Below, one piece after another: positions 36,099 through 45,153 of a stretch of 64,000 bases of DNA. The notes under the pieces were generated by a model, which saw nothing but the letters and a program-made list of their open reading frames with translations, did no database searches and was not told the origin of the DNA. This DNA comes from Verrucomicrobiota bacterium (GTDB taxonomy: Bacteria; Verrucomicrobiota; Verrucomicrobiia; Limisphaerales; UBA1412). The number at the start of each line of letters is the position of its first letter. The first letter of the stretch is position 1. The stretch is from NCBI GenBank assembly GCA_023230105.1, contig JALNXY010000003.1, forward strand, positions 10,998 to 74,997, written 5' to 3'. Made by a program: the position numbers and the translations under genes.

Positions 36099-36941
36099 TT
36101 GATCTTTAAAGGTAAAAATTTTGAATTTATTTTTCCTCGTCCTACTTTGATAATGGGGATATTAAATGTTACTCCAGACTCATTTTCAGACGGAGGTTCT
36201 TTTTTCGATACAGATAAAGCAATTCAGAGAGCGCTATTGATGGAGAGTGAAGGTGCTGAAATTATCGACGTGGGGGCCGAATCTACTCGACCGGGCTTTA
36301 AAGAAGTAACTCCTGAAGAAGAATGGGGCCGGCTTTGCCCAATAATTACGGAGCTAAAAAGGCAAATAAAAATCCCTCTCTCAGTCGACACACGCCATGT
36401 CGAAGTCGCTCAATTAGCGTTGAAAGCGGATGCTGATATTATTAACGATGTCGGATTGATGCGCCCAGAGGAAAAAATGTTCCGACTGATGGCTGAGTCC
36501 GGAGCCGGTTACATCATGATGCATTCATCCCCCATTCCACCTGAAAACCGGGCTCCACAAGAAATTGTCAGCTCTTATTTTGGTAAGACATTATCCCGCT
36601 GCGAAAAAGTGGGTATGAACTCCCACCAAATAGTTCTGGATCCGGGAATTGGTTTCGGAAAAACGGTTGGGCAAAATTTATTGTTGATTAGAAGTCTCAA
36701 TCACTATACAAAGTGGCAGAGACCCGTATTGCTGGGAGCTTCTCGAAAATCTTTTATTCGAGGTTTTCCCGGTGGAGCCCTGACTCCGAAAGACCGACTG
36801 GGTGGAAGTTTGGCCGCCGCTTGTTTTGCAGTGAGTTTGGGGGTTCACATTCTGCGAGTGCATAATGTGAAGGAAACTTTGCAAGCCATACGTCTAACTG
36901 AATGGTTAGAGGGTAAAAATGAACTGGAGCCCAATCTATAG
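36099..36941 (+). CDS. folP: dihydropteroate synthase
   Basis: GILNVTPDSFSDGG, IIDVGAESTRPG, SVDT, DPGIGFGKT, GASRKSF. TTG start. Confidence 0.9.
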   Translation: MIFKGKNFEFIFPRPTLIMGILNVTPDSFSDGGSFFDTDKAIQRALLMESEGAEIIDVGAESTRPGFKEVTPEEEWGRLCPIITELKRQIKIPLSVDTRHVEVAQLALKADADIINDVGLMRPEEKMFRLMAESGAGYIMMHSSPIPPENRAPQEIVSSYFGKTLSRCEKVGMNSHQIVLDPGIGFGKTVGQNLLLIRSLNHYTKWQRPVLLGASRKSFIRGFPGGALTPKDRLGGSLAAACFAVSLGVHILRVHNVKETLQAIRLTEWLEGKNELEPNL

Positions 36942-37770
36942 CGATATTATTAAAACCATAACAGAGGTAACTATCCTGACAGTTGCCATCTATTATGTTT
37001 TGAAATTTATTAAAGGCATTCGCGGGGCAGCTGTTGTTACAGGCTTTTTCACAGCGTTAATCATCGTTGCATTTTTAGCCATTGTTCTGCACCTCCAAGT
37101 CCTTACTTGGATATTAAGCTGGTTTGTCGGTTTTTTTGCGATATCCGTGCTTGTACTCTTTCAATCCGAAATCAGACGGATGATTTCAGAAATTGGCTCA
37201 AACAGAGTGATTGTTTCCGCGAGGGAGCAACGTGAAAATATAGAGGTCATCATCCAGGGAGCCAAACGACTGGCGGAAGAGCGCTATGGGGGATTAATAG
37301 CTGTCGAGCAAGGGATTAACTTGTCTGAGATAACAGAAGGAGGCATCGTTGTAGATTGTGAAGCCACTCCGGAAATGCTTGAAACAATCTTCTATCCCAA
37401 TAACGCTATTCACGATGGCGGGGTATTGATGAAGGGCGATCGAATCGCTAAAGCAGCATGTGTTTTTCCACTTTCTCTTCGGCAAGATTTAAGCCATTCC
37501 ACCGGGATGCGCCACCGTGCAGGATTGGGGCTTTCTGAAGAAACGGATGCCGTTGTCATTATTGTATCGGAGGAGACCGGATATATCAGCTACGCATATA
37601 AGGGAAAGCTTCACCGAAATGTATCGGAAGAAGATCTTCGGGCATTTTTAAGCCTCATATTTCTGCCTAAGAAACCAAAGCCCAAACGAACCAGCAAGTG
37701 GAGTCGTTTGCTGATTCGCTTAAAAATTCAGCGCTTGTTCCAAAAAAGAAAGGGGACGGCAAATACGTGA
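36919..37770 (+). CDS. cdaA: diadenylate cyclase CdaA (c-di-AMP synthase)
   Basis: Three N-terminal transmembrane segments, then a DAC domain with HDGGVL and TGMRHRAGLGLSEETDAVVIIVSEETG. Overlaps folP by 23 nt. Confidence 0.9.
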   Translation: MNWSPIYSDIIKTITEVTILTVAIYYVLKFIKGIRGAAVVTGFFTALIIVAFLAIVLHLQVLTWILSWFVGFFAISVLVLFQSEIRRMISEIGSNRVIVSAREQRENIEVIIQGAKRLAEERYGGLIAVEQGINLSEITEGGIVVDCEATPEMLETIFYPNNAIHDGGVLMKGDRIAKAACVFPLSLRQDLSHSTGMRHRAGLGLSEETDAVVIIVSEETGYISYAYKGKLHRNVSEEDLRAFLSLIFLPKKPKPKRTSKWSRLLIRLKIQRLFQKRKGTANT

Positions 37771-38363
37771 TGAAAAATTTTCTTTTCAACAATTTGCTGA
37801 TGAAAATATTCGCTCTGGTTTTGGCTTTGATAGTATGGTCAGCCGTCCGAATGCAAATCAGCAAAGGGGCCCAGACCTGGAGCTCACGCATGATTACAAC
37901 CACCACTTTCACACAAATACCGATCAATATCATGCAAGTGCCTTCAGACAATAATAGCTATGAGCTCATCCCCCCCTCCGCTACTGTTAGTATTTCCGGC
38001 TCAAGACTCAATGTAAATGCCACCAAACCGGATATGATTACTCTTTTTGTTACCGTTACCCCCGAAGAAGCAGAAGAAGCTCCCCTGACTCAAAACACAA
38101 ATAAAGGGGTAATGAATAAAAAAATTCAGGCTAAAATACCCACCGACGTCACTCTGGGGACCATTGAACCTTCTACTGTCAGGCTCATCACTAAAAGGGT
38201 AGTGAAAACTAACGGCATCTCCGGTAATAATCTTTTACCTGATTCCAGCACGGCATTTTCTCAGGAAGGCTCAGTAGATACTAAAAATGATTCTGATCGT
38301 ACCGAGCTTGAGACTGCTACACGCCCTCCCCTCAATACTAGCCCGGCAAATATTGAAAAATAA
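37770..38363 (+). CDS. cdaR: CdaR/YbbR-like regulator of CdaA
   Basis: The ATG overlaps the cdaA stop (GTGATG). N-terminal anchor LLMKIFALVLALIVWSAV, then YbbR-like beta modules. The classic position is directly after cdaA. Confidence 0.6.
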   Translation: MKNFLFNNLLMKIFALVLALIVWSAVRMQISKGAQTWSSRMITTTTFTQIPINIMQVPSDNNSYELIPPSATVSISGSRLNVNATKPDMITLFVTVTPEEAEEAPLTQNTNKGVMNKKIQAKIPTDVTLGTIEPSTVRLITKRVVKTNGISGNNLLPDSSTAFSQEGSVDTKNDSDRTELETATRPPLNTSPANIEK

Positions 38364-38680
38364 TCGCTCAACTCTTCTTTCACTACCTTACCAATATTTC
38401 CTCCGAAAACAACCTTTAGAAACTGCATTACGGGGTATTGTTTTCCCGAAAGGGAAATTATGGGCAGCCTGACTATAGGCGGATGTTAAACCTCAATTAT
38501 TGCGAATGAACTTCAATCATAAATTCTGGAAAACGCCTTGCCTTTTACTTCCAAATGTGGCTATCCTTACCGCGGACGTGGGTGGACTGAGCAAACGAAC
38601 TGCCGAAGATGCTGATGCCATTTTTTGATTGTATACAGCAGTGCGGTAACAAGCAGTCTCACGGTTAATAGACGCATAAC

Positions 38681-41020
38681 ATGAAGATGAATAAGATATC
38701 TCGTATCTCCTTTTTATGGAGTAAGATAAAGTCAAATGTGACATCCTTTTCTTTTGTTCTTTCACTCCTCTTGGGAGGGCTTTGCTTTTCTTCGCAGGCT
38801 GCGGATGCAAAGTGGTACCCCGGCCGGCTTCTTGTAAAACCTAAACAAGGGGCTTCAGCTGCCGCTCTTCAAAGCTTCAACAAGACAATGGGGGTAACTA
38901 CCTCGCGCGTCCTTGAAGCTGCGGATAACGACTGGCAAGTAATCGATTTCAATCCCTTGGAAAATGTTCAGGAAAAAGCTAAAGAATATTTGAAAAGTGG
39001 ATTGGTTGCATCCGTTGAGCCTGACTATATCTGGGCTATTGCCAATGTGCCTGATGACCCGGCTTTCACTGTACCCGACCAAAGTTACAGCTTTGTAGTT
39101 ACTGATGCCACAAAGGCATGGGACGTGATTACCGACGGCATAAAAACGAACATTGTCGCCACTCCCACAGGGCTTAAAACCAACATTACTGAAATTATCG
39201 TTGCCGTTGTAGACACGGGAGTAGAATACACACATGAAGACCTGGCAGACAACATGTGGGTCAATCCCAATCCTTCTTTTGGAGACGTTCATGGCATCAA
39301 AGTCGCAAACGGCTTAAAAACTGGAGATCCTATGGATTTTAAGGGCCATGGCTCCCACGTTGCAGGCACTATTGGAGCGCGGGGCAATAACGCCTTAGGC
39401 ACGGCAGGTGTTTGTTGGAACGTTAAAATAATGGCTTGCAACGTAATGGACCTGGGTGCGTCTTCAGACATTATGGAAGGCATAGCTTATGCACGCAAGA
39501 GAGGGGCTCATGTGATTAACATGAGTTTAGGGGGCGGCAGAGGAACTTATTCGGCTGCTTTTCTTGCTGAGCTGAAAAATTGTCGGGCCGCGAATATGCT
39601 GGTAGTCTGTTCTTCAGGCAACGAAACAAACGATAATGATGTAAACTTGACGTACCCCTGTAATTACAGTACCTATCTCGATAACGTCATTTCTGTTGGT
39701 AGCAGCACCTCAACAGATGAGCCTAGTTATTTTTCAAATTATGGCCGCAGAAGCGTAAACATCTTTGCACCGGGCAGCGATATTTATTCCGTGCGTATTA
39801 AGCCTCTTGGCGGCTACACGACAATGAGCGGGACTTCGATGGCAGCTCCCTTTGTTTCGGGTGCTGTAGCTCTTTGCATGGCAGCACACCCCGACGAAAA
39901 CTACCTCCAAATTAGGGAGCGTCTCTATAACAACGTTGATAAAATCCCTGCCATGGCAAAATTGTGCACAACAGGTGGTCGTATTAATGTGGCAAAAGCA
40001 ATCTTCTCCAACCAGACTCAAGACGGTTTTAATTATTCGGTGCTAAACAACGTAGCCGTGCTCACCGGATCCAATAATGACACAAATTCCATAGTTATTC
40101 CTACAACCATTGGCCACACCGAAGTAACGGCAATTGCAGATGGCGCGTTTGCCAAATCTGCATTTTTGGAAGAGGTGACTCTGGGTACAAACATCACATC
40201 TATCGGCTCCAGCGCATTTGAAGGATGCGAGAATTTGAATCAAATCACTTTTAACCAGAACCCCCTTCTCAAAATCGGTTCGATGGCTTTTGCCGGATGC
40301 AAATCACTGGAACAGATTACCCTTCCGGCAACTCTGGGCAGCACTCTTGGATACAGGTGGGTATCCGGCTGCAATTCTCTTTCTGCAATTGATGTAGAAG
40401 AAGGCAACCCTGTTTATTCAAGCCTGGATGGAGTCCTCTTTAGCAAGGACGGAAGAACTCTTCACGTCTTCCCTGAAGCCAAATCTGCCAAAGACTATAT
40501 ACTCCCGGAAGCAGTGGCAAATATTGGAGATTTTGCTTTCGAAAATTCGAACCTCGAGTTTGCCAACTTTAACAAGGTTCTTCGCTTTGGCGAAGGTGCT
40601 TTTTATCAGAGCGAGAACCTTCAGTCGGTAACGTTCGGGTTGAATCTGACATCCATCGGCAAGGGAGCTTTTGAAGGCTGTTCATCATTGGAAAGTCTTA
40701 CTTTTAAAGGTAACGCGCCGGCGGCAATGATGGACTCCTTTATCGGCATTCCCGAAAATGTTACTGTTTACTATCCGTCTGCAGGACTCGGTTGGGAAAT
40801 TATCGACGGTAAGTGGTATGGCATGACAGCGGTCGAACTGGATGCTGACCCTGAAATTGCTTGCACCAAAGATGAGGAAAGCAGCTTCACCTTAAACTAT
40901 ACGGGTGTCCTTTATAGCAGCCCGGATGGAAAAACGTGGACCATACTTGATGGAGCCCAAAGCCCCTATAAGGCAAGTATCAATTCGAAAATGCGTTTCT
41001 ATCGTGTTTTTACTGAATAG
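38681..41020 (+). CDS. secreted subtilisin-like (S8) serine protease fused to BspA-type leucine-rich repeats and a short C-terminal module
   Basis: Signal peptide. Catalytic triad contexts VAVVDTGV, HGSHVAGTIGA, GTSMAAPFVSG. LRR units (ITSIGSSAFEGCENLNQITF, IGSMAFAGCKSLEQITL, IGKGAFEGCSSLESLTF). Ends in ...GKTWTILDG...RFYRVFTE. Confidence 0.85.
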   Translation: MKMNKISRISFLWSKIKSNVTSFSFVLSLLLGGLCFSSQAADAKWYPGRLLVKPKQGASAAALQSFNKTMGVTTSRVLEAADNDWQVIDFNPLENVQEKAKEYLKSGLVASVEPDYIWAIANVPDDPAFTVPDQSYSFVVTDATKAWDVITDGIKTNIVATPTGLKTNITEIIVAVVDTGVEYTHEDLADNMWVNPNPSFGDVHGIKVANGLKTGDPMDFKGHGSHVAGTIGARGNNALGTAGVCWNVKIMACNVMDLGASSDIMEGIAYARKRGAHVINMSLGGGRGTYSAAFLAELKNCRAANMLVVCSSGNETNDNDVNLTYPCNYSTYLDNVISVGSSTSTDEPSYFSNYGRRSVNIFAPGSDIYSVRIKPLGGYTTMSGTSMAAPFVSGAVALCMAAHPDENYLQIRERLYNNVDKIPAMAKLCTTGGRINVAKAIFSNQTQDGFNYSVLNNVAVLTGSNNDTNSIVIPTTIGHTEVTAIADGAFAKSAFLEEVTLGTNITSIGSSAFEGCENLNQITFNQNPLLKIGSMAFAGCKSLEQITLPATLGSTLGYRWVSGCNSLSAIDVEEGNPVYSSLDGVLFSKDGRTLHVFPEAKSAKDYILPEAVANIGDFAFENSNLEFANFNKVLRFGEGAFYQSENLQSVTFGLNLTSIGKGAFEGCSSLESLTFKGNAPAAMMDSFIGIPENVTVYYPSAGLGWEIIDGKWYGMTAVELDADPEIACTKDEESSFTLNYTGVLYSSPDGKTWTILDGAQSPYKASINSKMRFYRVFTE

Positions 41021-41077
41021 AAAGCTGTCTTAAAGTGGCCTTCCTGTTTGCATGGAGGCAGATAAATAGCTTAGATC

Positions 41078-41110
41078 AAGAGGCCGGTTGAATCCGGCCT
41101 CTTATTTTTA
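41078..41110 (+). terminator. rho-independent terminator after the S8 protease gene
   Basis: AAGAGGCCGG-TTGAAT-CCGGCCTCTT followed by ATTTTT. Confidence 0.75.
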
Positions 41111-41121
41111 AGCAAAACAGT

Positions 41122-41150
41122 TTGACTCATCGGTGTTTTTTGTGCATAGT
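41122..41150 (+). promoter_or_regulatory. candidate sigma70 promoter for the FHA-fprA unit
   Basis: TTGACT, a 17-nt spacer, then CATAGT, ending about 22 nt before ATG 41173. Confidence 0.3.
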
Positions 41151-41172
41151 CACAGCCAGTTGCGTTATTGTT

Positions 41173-41640
41173 ATGCCTAAACTGATCGTTTTAACTGAAG
41201 GTTTCAAAGGAAAGACTTGTGAGCTTAAAGAGGGAGTCACAACCGTGGGTCGTGCTGATGACAACACCTTTTGTATACCGGAGGATTCAGTTTCAGGGCA
41301 CCACTGTGAAGTCATTCTCAAAGGTAACGAGGTCATTATTAAGGATTTAAACTCCACCAATGGTACCTATATTAATGACGATAGAGTTACTGAGGCGCCT
41401 CTTAAAGCAGGGGTAGTTTTGAGACTGGGCCAATGTGAACTAAAGCTTGATGATGGTACTTCTTTTAAGAAGGTAATAGAATCTCATCGTGGTGGGGTTA
41501 AGTTGGATGAGGTCGGAGCTGGTAATGTTTCTGCCAATCCTGCATTTAAGAAAAAGGATAACAAGCTGAACCTTTACATGCTGGGCGGCGGGGCTACTGT
41601 GGTTGTTCTAATTCTGGTCTATTTACTCTTTGTTAAGTAA
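41173..41640 (+). CDS. FHA-domain protein with C-terminal transmembrane anchor
   Basis: TVGRADDNTFCIPEDSVSGHHCEV...IKDLNSTNGTYINDDRV. C-terminal anchor LYMLGGGATVVVLILVYLLFV. Start moved to ATG 41173. Confidence 0.8.
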   Translation: MPKLIVLTEGFKGKTCELKEGVTTVGRADDNTFCIPEDSVSGHHCEVILKGNEVIIKDLNSTNGTYINDDRVTEAPLKAGVVLRLGQCELKLDDGTSFKKVIESHRGGVKLDEVGAGNVSANPAFKKKDNKLNLYMLGGGATVVVLILVYLLFVK

Positions 41641-41663
41641 TTTCATTATATTTTTAATGTTTT

Positions 41664-42854
41664 ATGGCAGGTAAGCTGATTACGTCCGGTGTGCATTATG
41701 TCGGTGTTTCACACTATGATCGGAGGTTTTTTGATGCTTTAGTGCCCACTCCTGAAGGCACGACTTATAATGCCTATTTGGTCGAAGGAAAGGAACGGAA
41801 TGCTCTCATTGACACGGTTGAGCCGGAGTTTAAAGAGCTCTTTCTACATAACCTGAAGGCCACTGGAGTTAAAAAAATAGACTATGTTGTCTCAAATCAC
41901 GCAGAGCAGGATCACTCGGGCTGCGTGCCTGATCTTTTAGCACTTTTTCCGGAATCAAAGCTGGTTACCAACGAAAAATGCAGCAACATGCTTCGAGACT
42001 TGATGCCAGATATCCCTGCTGACAGGATTATCACTATCAAGGATCACGATACTTTAGACCTTGGGGGCCGGACACTGGAATTCATCATGGCTCCTTGGGT
42101 TCACTGGCCGGAAACGATGTTTACCCTGCTGAAGGAGGAAAAAATCCTCTTCACCTGCGATCTCTTTGGCTCTCACTTGGCGACTTCTGACATTTTTCTT
42201 GATGACCCTCGCCTTTTCTACGAACCCATGAAAAGGTATTACGCTCAGATTATGATGCCTTATCGCGGGCAGGTGGTTAAACGGATTGAAACCGTGAATT
42301 CGCTGGAACTGAAAATGATATGTCCCAGCCACGGCCCCGCTTTCAAAAACCCGGCACTCCCCTTGGCTCTTTACTCTGAATGGACAAGTGTCACACCTCG
42401 AAATGCTGTACTTATCCCTTGGGTTTCCACTCATGGGGCAACAGCAAGAATGGTTGATCATCTGACAAACGCTTTAGTTCTAAAAGGGATTACGGTTTAC
42501 CCGCATGATTTGGTGGTAGCTGATTTGGGACGTGTCGCCGAAAATCTCGTGGATGTCGCAACGATAGCCCTTGGTTCAAGCTGCATACTCTCAGTGGCTC
42601 ATCCTCTGGCTGCCTATGCGGCTCTATTGGCCAATACACTTAAACCTAAAGCAAAATTTGCTACGTTTTTTGGATCATATGGTTGGAGCGGCATTAAAGT
42701 CCCGGAGCAAATTTTAGGACTTTTGGGCAGTTTAAAGCTTGAGATAATTCCCCCGGTCCAAACAAAGGGTGCACCCACGTCTGATACGTATGCTGCACTT
42801 GACCAGATGGCTGAAGATATTTTCTCCCGCCATTGTTCCCTCGGATTAAAGTAG
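41664..42854 (+). CDS. fprA: flavodiiron protein (FprA-type, metallo-beta-lactamase plus flavodoxin domains)
   Basis: Di-iron motif NHAEQDHSG, WPETMF, a flavodoxin-like C-terminal half, 396 aa. Confidence 0.8.
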   Translation: MAGKLITSGVHYVGVSHYDRRFFDALVPTPEGTTYNAYLVEGKERNALIDTVEPEFKELFLHNLKATGVKKIDYVVSNHAEQDHSGCVPDLLALFPESKLVTNEKCSNMLRDLMPDIPADRIITIKDHDTLDLGGRTLEFIMAPWVHWPETMFTLLKEEKILFTCDLFGSHLATSDIFLDDPRLFYEPMKRYYAQIMMPYRGQVVKRIETVNSLELKMICPSHGPAFKNPALPLALYSEWTSVTPRNAVLIPWVSTHGATARMVDHLTNALVLKGITVYPHDLVVADLGRVAENLVDVATIALGSSCILSVAHPLAAYAALLANTLKPKAKFATFFGSYGWSGIKVPEQILGLLGSLKLEIIPPVQTKGAPTSDTYAALDQMAEDIFSRHCSLGLK

Positions 42855-42975
42855 CTTTGCCTACCGTTTGGATTTTTAATATTCAAACATCTGCTATTTT
42901 TCCTTTTGTGAAATGGATGGTTTACAAATATTCTGCGAACATGCGATTAAAAAACTTACTGTTCGAACGTAGGAA

Positions 42976-43608
42976 ATGATACAAATATTTTTCAACAATG
43001 CAGGCCCAGTAACATGGCTAATTTTCATTCTTGGGGCGCTGGGAGCAGTGATTTTTGTTGAGAGACTTTTGCACTATCATAGAGTGCAGATCGACTCCAA
43101 AGAGTTTATAACCGGAGTGAAAAATGTTCTTCGTCGAGAAAATCGGATGGAGGCACTTTCTATCTGCGATGCCACACCTGGCCCGGTTGCCCGCCTGGTG
43201 AAGATGGCAATCCTCAATCAGGATCAAGGAAGCCAATACGTGGACGATACACTCGAATCAGCAGGCCTGGCAGAAGTCCCTCGTTTGGAAGCACGGCTAA
43301 CTTGGTTGGCTACAATTTGTGAAATCGCTCAGCCTCTCGGCTGTTTAGGTACCATTCTGGGACTTATTAAAGTCTTCCGAGTCCTACAAATTAATGGGCC
43401 TTTTGCTGACGTATCTATGTTCAGTGGTGGTGTTTGGCAGGCCCTTATCGCAGCGGCAATGGGGCTTGCACTTTCCATAATCGCCAGAGCAGCCTATAAT
43501 TATCTGGTCGAGAGAATGAACAGTATCGTGCTGGATATGGAAAAAACGGCTACTGATATCACTCGATTTCTTTTTGAATCCACAATCCATAAGATATCCA
43601 ACGAATAG
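42976..43608 (+). CDS. exbB: MotA/TolQ/ExbB-family proton channel
   Basis: Three transmembrane segments and the typical GLxGT motif (LGCLGTILGLIKVF), 210 aa. Confidence 0.8.
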   Translation: MIQIFFNNAGPVTWLIFILGALGAVIFVERLLHYHRVQIDSKEFITGVKNVLRRENRMEALSICDATPGPVARLVKMAILNQDQGSQYVDDTLESAGLAEVPRLEARLTWLATICEIAQPLGCLGTILGLIKVFRVLQINGPFADVSMFSGGVWQALIAAAMGLALSIIARAAYNYLVERMNSIVLDMEKTATDITRFLFESTIHKISNE

Positions 43609-43632
43609 CTTCCGTTTTCGGGCTGAAGAGGA

Positions 43633-44124
43633 ATGAGATATCAACGCAATATTAAAATCATAAAAAATAGAGTAGATGGAACTGCGTTTTCCACTGTGCT
43701 CATTTTTATCATTTTTTTCCTTCTACTGGAATCTTCTCTCATCTTCAAACCAGGCATTGCAGTTAACCTTCCCTCTCCTGAATCAGTTAAACTCCCCGGG
43801 ATTACGGGGCCCTCATTAATGGTAGGAATAGACCATTTGGGACAATACTATCTTTCCGGAAAAGCTCTCAATGCGGAAGAAATTCTGAAGCAATTGATTC
43901 GAGCTAAAGAGAAAAACGCCGATACTACTATTGTTATCGTTTCGGATAAAGACACAAAGGTGGAAGCTTTGGCTAACCTGAGCGCGATGACTTATCAATC
44001 CGGACTCCAAAAAGTTCTTATAGCAACAAGGCCCTACTCTGACGCGCCGGAAGAGCACAGCGCGCTCTCCAATAAGAATGAGCCTGCAAAACAATCCCGA
44101 TCTCAGAGTGTCTCTACTCCCTAA
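43633..44124 (+). CDS. exbD: ExbD/TolR-family protein
   Basis: Single N-terminal transmembrane segment, then a periplasmic domain with TIVIVSDKDTKVEALANL. Confidence 0.7.
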   Translation: MRYQRNIKIIKNRVDGTAFSTVLIFIIFFLLLESSLIFKPGIAVNLPSPESVKLPGITGPSLMVGIDHLGQYYLSGKALNAEEILKQLIRAKEKNADTTIVIVSDKDTKVEALANLSAMTYQSGLQKVLIATRPYSDAPEEHSALSNKNEPAKQSRSQSVSTP

Positions 44125-44932
44125 AAACAAGCTCAGCGGCAAAGAATGGCTGGACTGGTCTATCAAGAAATGGCTCCTGCTGTCTCTTATTTTTGTCAGT
44201 GTGCAGGTATCATTTTTCGCCCTTCTTTTAAATAAGAAAAATATCGTTCCCTCTCGCCCTTCTGTTCTTCAAAACACCGAAATGGTCCCCCATGCAGGCT
44301 TGAGCTTCAACCCGGCACTTCTATCTTTTGTTGAGTCTTTTGACCCACGCATCTTTTCCTATTCGCATCCGTTGGGTGTTTCCGCTTTTCTCTGGGAGAA
44401 ATATCCAACAACTGAGTATACCCTCTCTTCCCCATCCCTACCTCCCCTAACGGTTGCTCCGGATACGGTTTTCTTTCAGAGAGAACTATCCAACCTGCTT
44501 TTTGATAGTTCGGTAAAAAAAGACGTTCTTGAAAATATTTTTTCGAGTACTCCAAAAATTCGAGAACCATTCGCACTCCCACCTGTTGAGCGTTCTACTC
44601 TTCAGTTTTCCAAAGAAGTCTTACAATACTGGTTTATCCCGGAATTTGAGCTTCCAGTTTTCGCACATCCAGGTGCATTACCGCACACCGAACTCCGAGC
44701 AATCCTCGGTGAGGATGGCAGATTATTTTCCGTGACCCTTATAGCAAGTTGTGGCATCCCCTCAGCTGACGAACAAGCAATCCAGAGAATATCCTCTCTA
44801 CGCCTTTTACCATTGCATCCTAAACCCACAACAGATGGATCACAATCGGATGTTTGGACTCGATCCAAAACAATCACCCTGACTGTTAACTGGGCGACGA
44901 CCGCACCTCCCCAAAACAATCGAATATCGTGA
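44078..44932 (+). CDS. TonB-like energy-transducer candidate
   Basis: N-terminal anchor (WLLLSLIFVSVQVSFFALLL). The C-terminal ~70 aa (GRLFSVTLIASCGIPSADEQAIQRISSLRLLPL) fit the TonB_C pattern G-x-V...SSG...D-x-x-A...P. Overlaps exbD by 47 nt. Confidence 0.45.
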   Translation: MSLQNNPDLRVSLLPKNKLSGKEWLDWSIKKWLLLSLIFVSVQVSFFALLLNKKNIVPSRPSVLQNTEMVPHAGLSFNPALLSFVESFDPRIFSYSHPLGVSAFLWEKYPTTEYTLSSPSLPPLTVAPDTVFFQRELSNLLFDSSVKKDVLENIFSSTPKIREPFALPPVERSTLQFSKEVLQYWFIPEFELPVFAHPGALPHTELRAILGEDGRLFSVTLIASCGIPSADEQAIQRISSLRLLPLHPKPTTDGSQSDVWTRSKTITLTVNWATTAPPQNNRIS

Positions 44933-45153
44933 ATTTGGAAGATGTTATTTTATTGGGTGTTGGCCTAGCATTGCTGTTCTTGACAATAATCTCTATCTAC
45001 ACAGAGAAGGTACGCAAACGTTTTGAACCAGCCCCAAGCAAAGATAGAATTTTTCGCTGCAGAAAGTGCGCTTTTGTTTACACAGATGATCCGGATGTAG
45101 ACCGCTCTCGGTGTCCGCACTGTGGTACCGGAAACGAAAGTGTGAAGTTCTAA
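44929..45153 (+). CDS. small membrane-anchored zinc-ribbon protein (74 aa)
   Basis: Transmembrane segment ILLGVGLALLFLTIISIY, then CRKC...17 aa...CPHC. The GTG start overlaps the upstream stop (GTGA). Confidence 0.45.
   Translation: MNLEDVILLGVGLALLFLTIISIYTEKVRKRFEPAPSKDRIFRCRKCAFVYTDDPDVDRSRCPHCGTGNESVKF

Noticed and set aside
37698-37769. Upstream start (37698) for the cdaR-like gene as given in the ORF track
   Set aside because: It would overlap cdaA by 73 nt and add a non-native-looking N-terminus. The ATG at 37770 directly overlaps the cdaA stop and immediately precedes the membrane anchor.
38431-38460. c-di-AMP (ydaO-type) riboswitch downstream of cdaA-cdaR, suggested by ACGGGG and a TTTCCC-GAAA-GGGAAA tetraloop hairpin
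   Set aside because: It is only one 6-bp GNRA hairpin. The pseudo-symmetric two-domain ydaO architecture and its conserved segments are not visible. It is more likely a weak terminator or chance structure.
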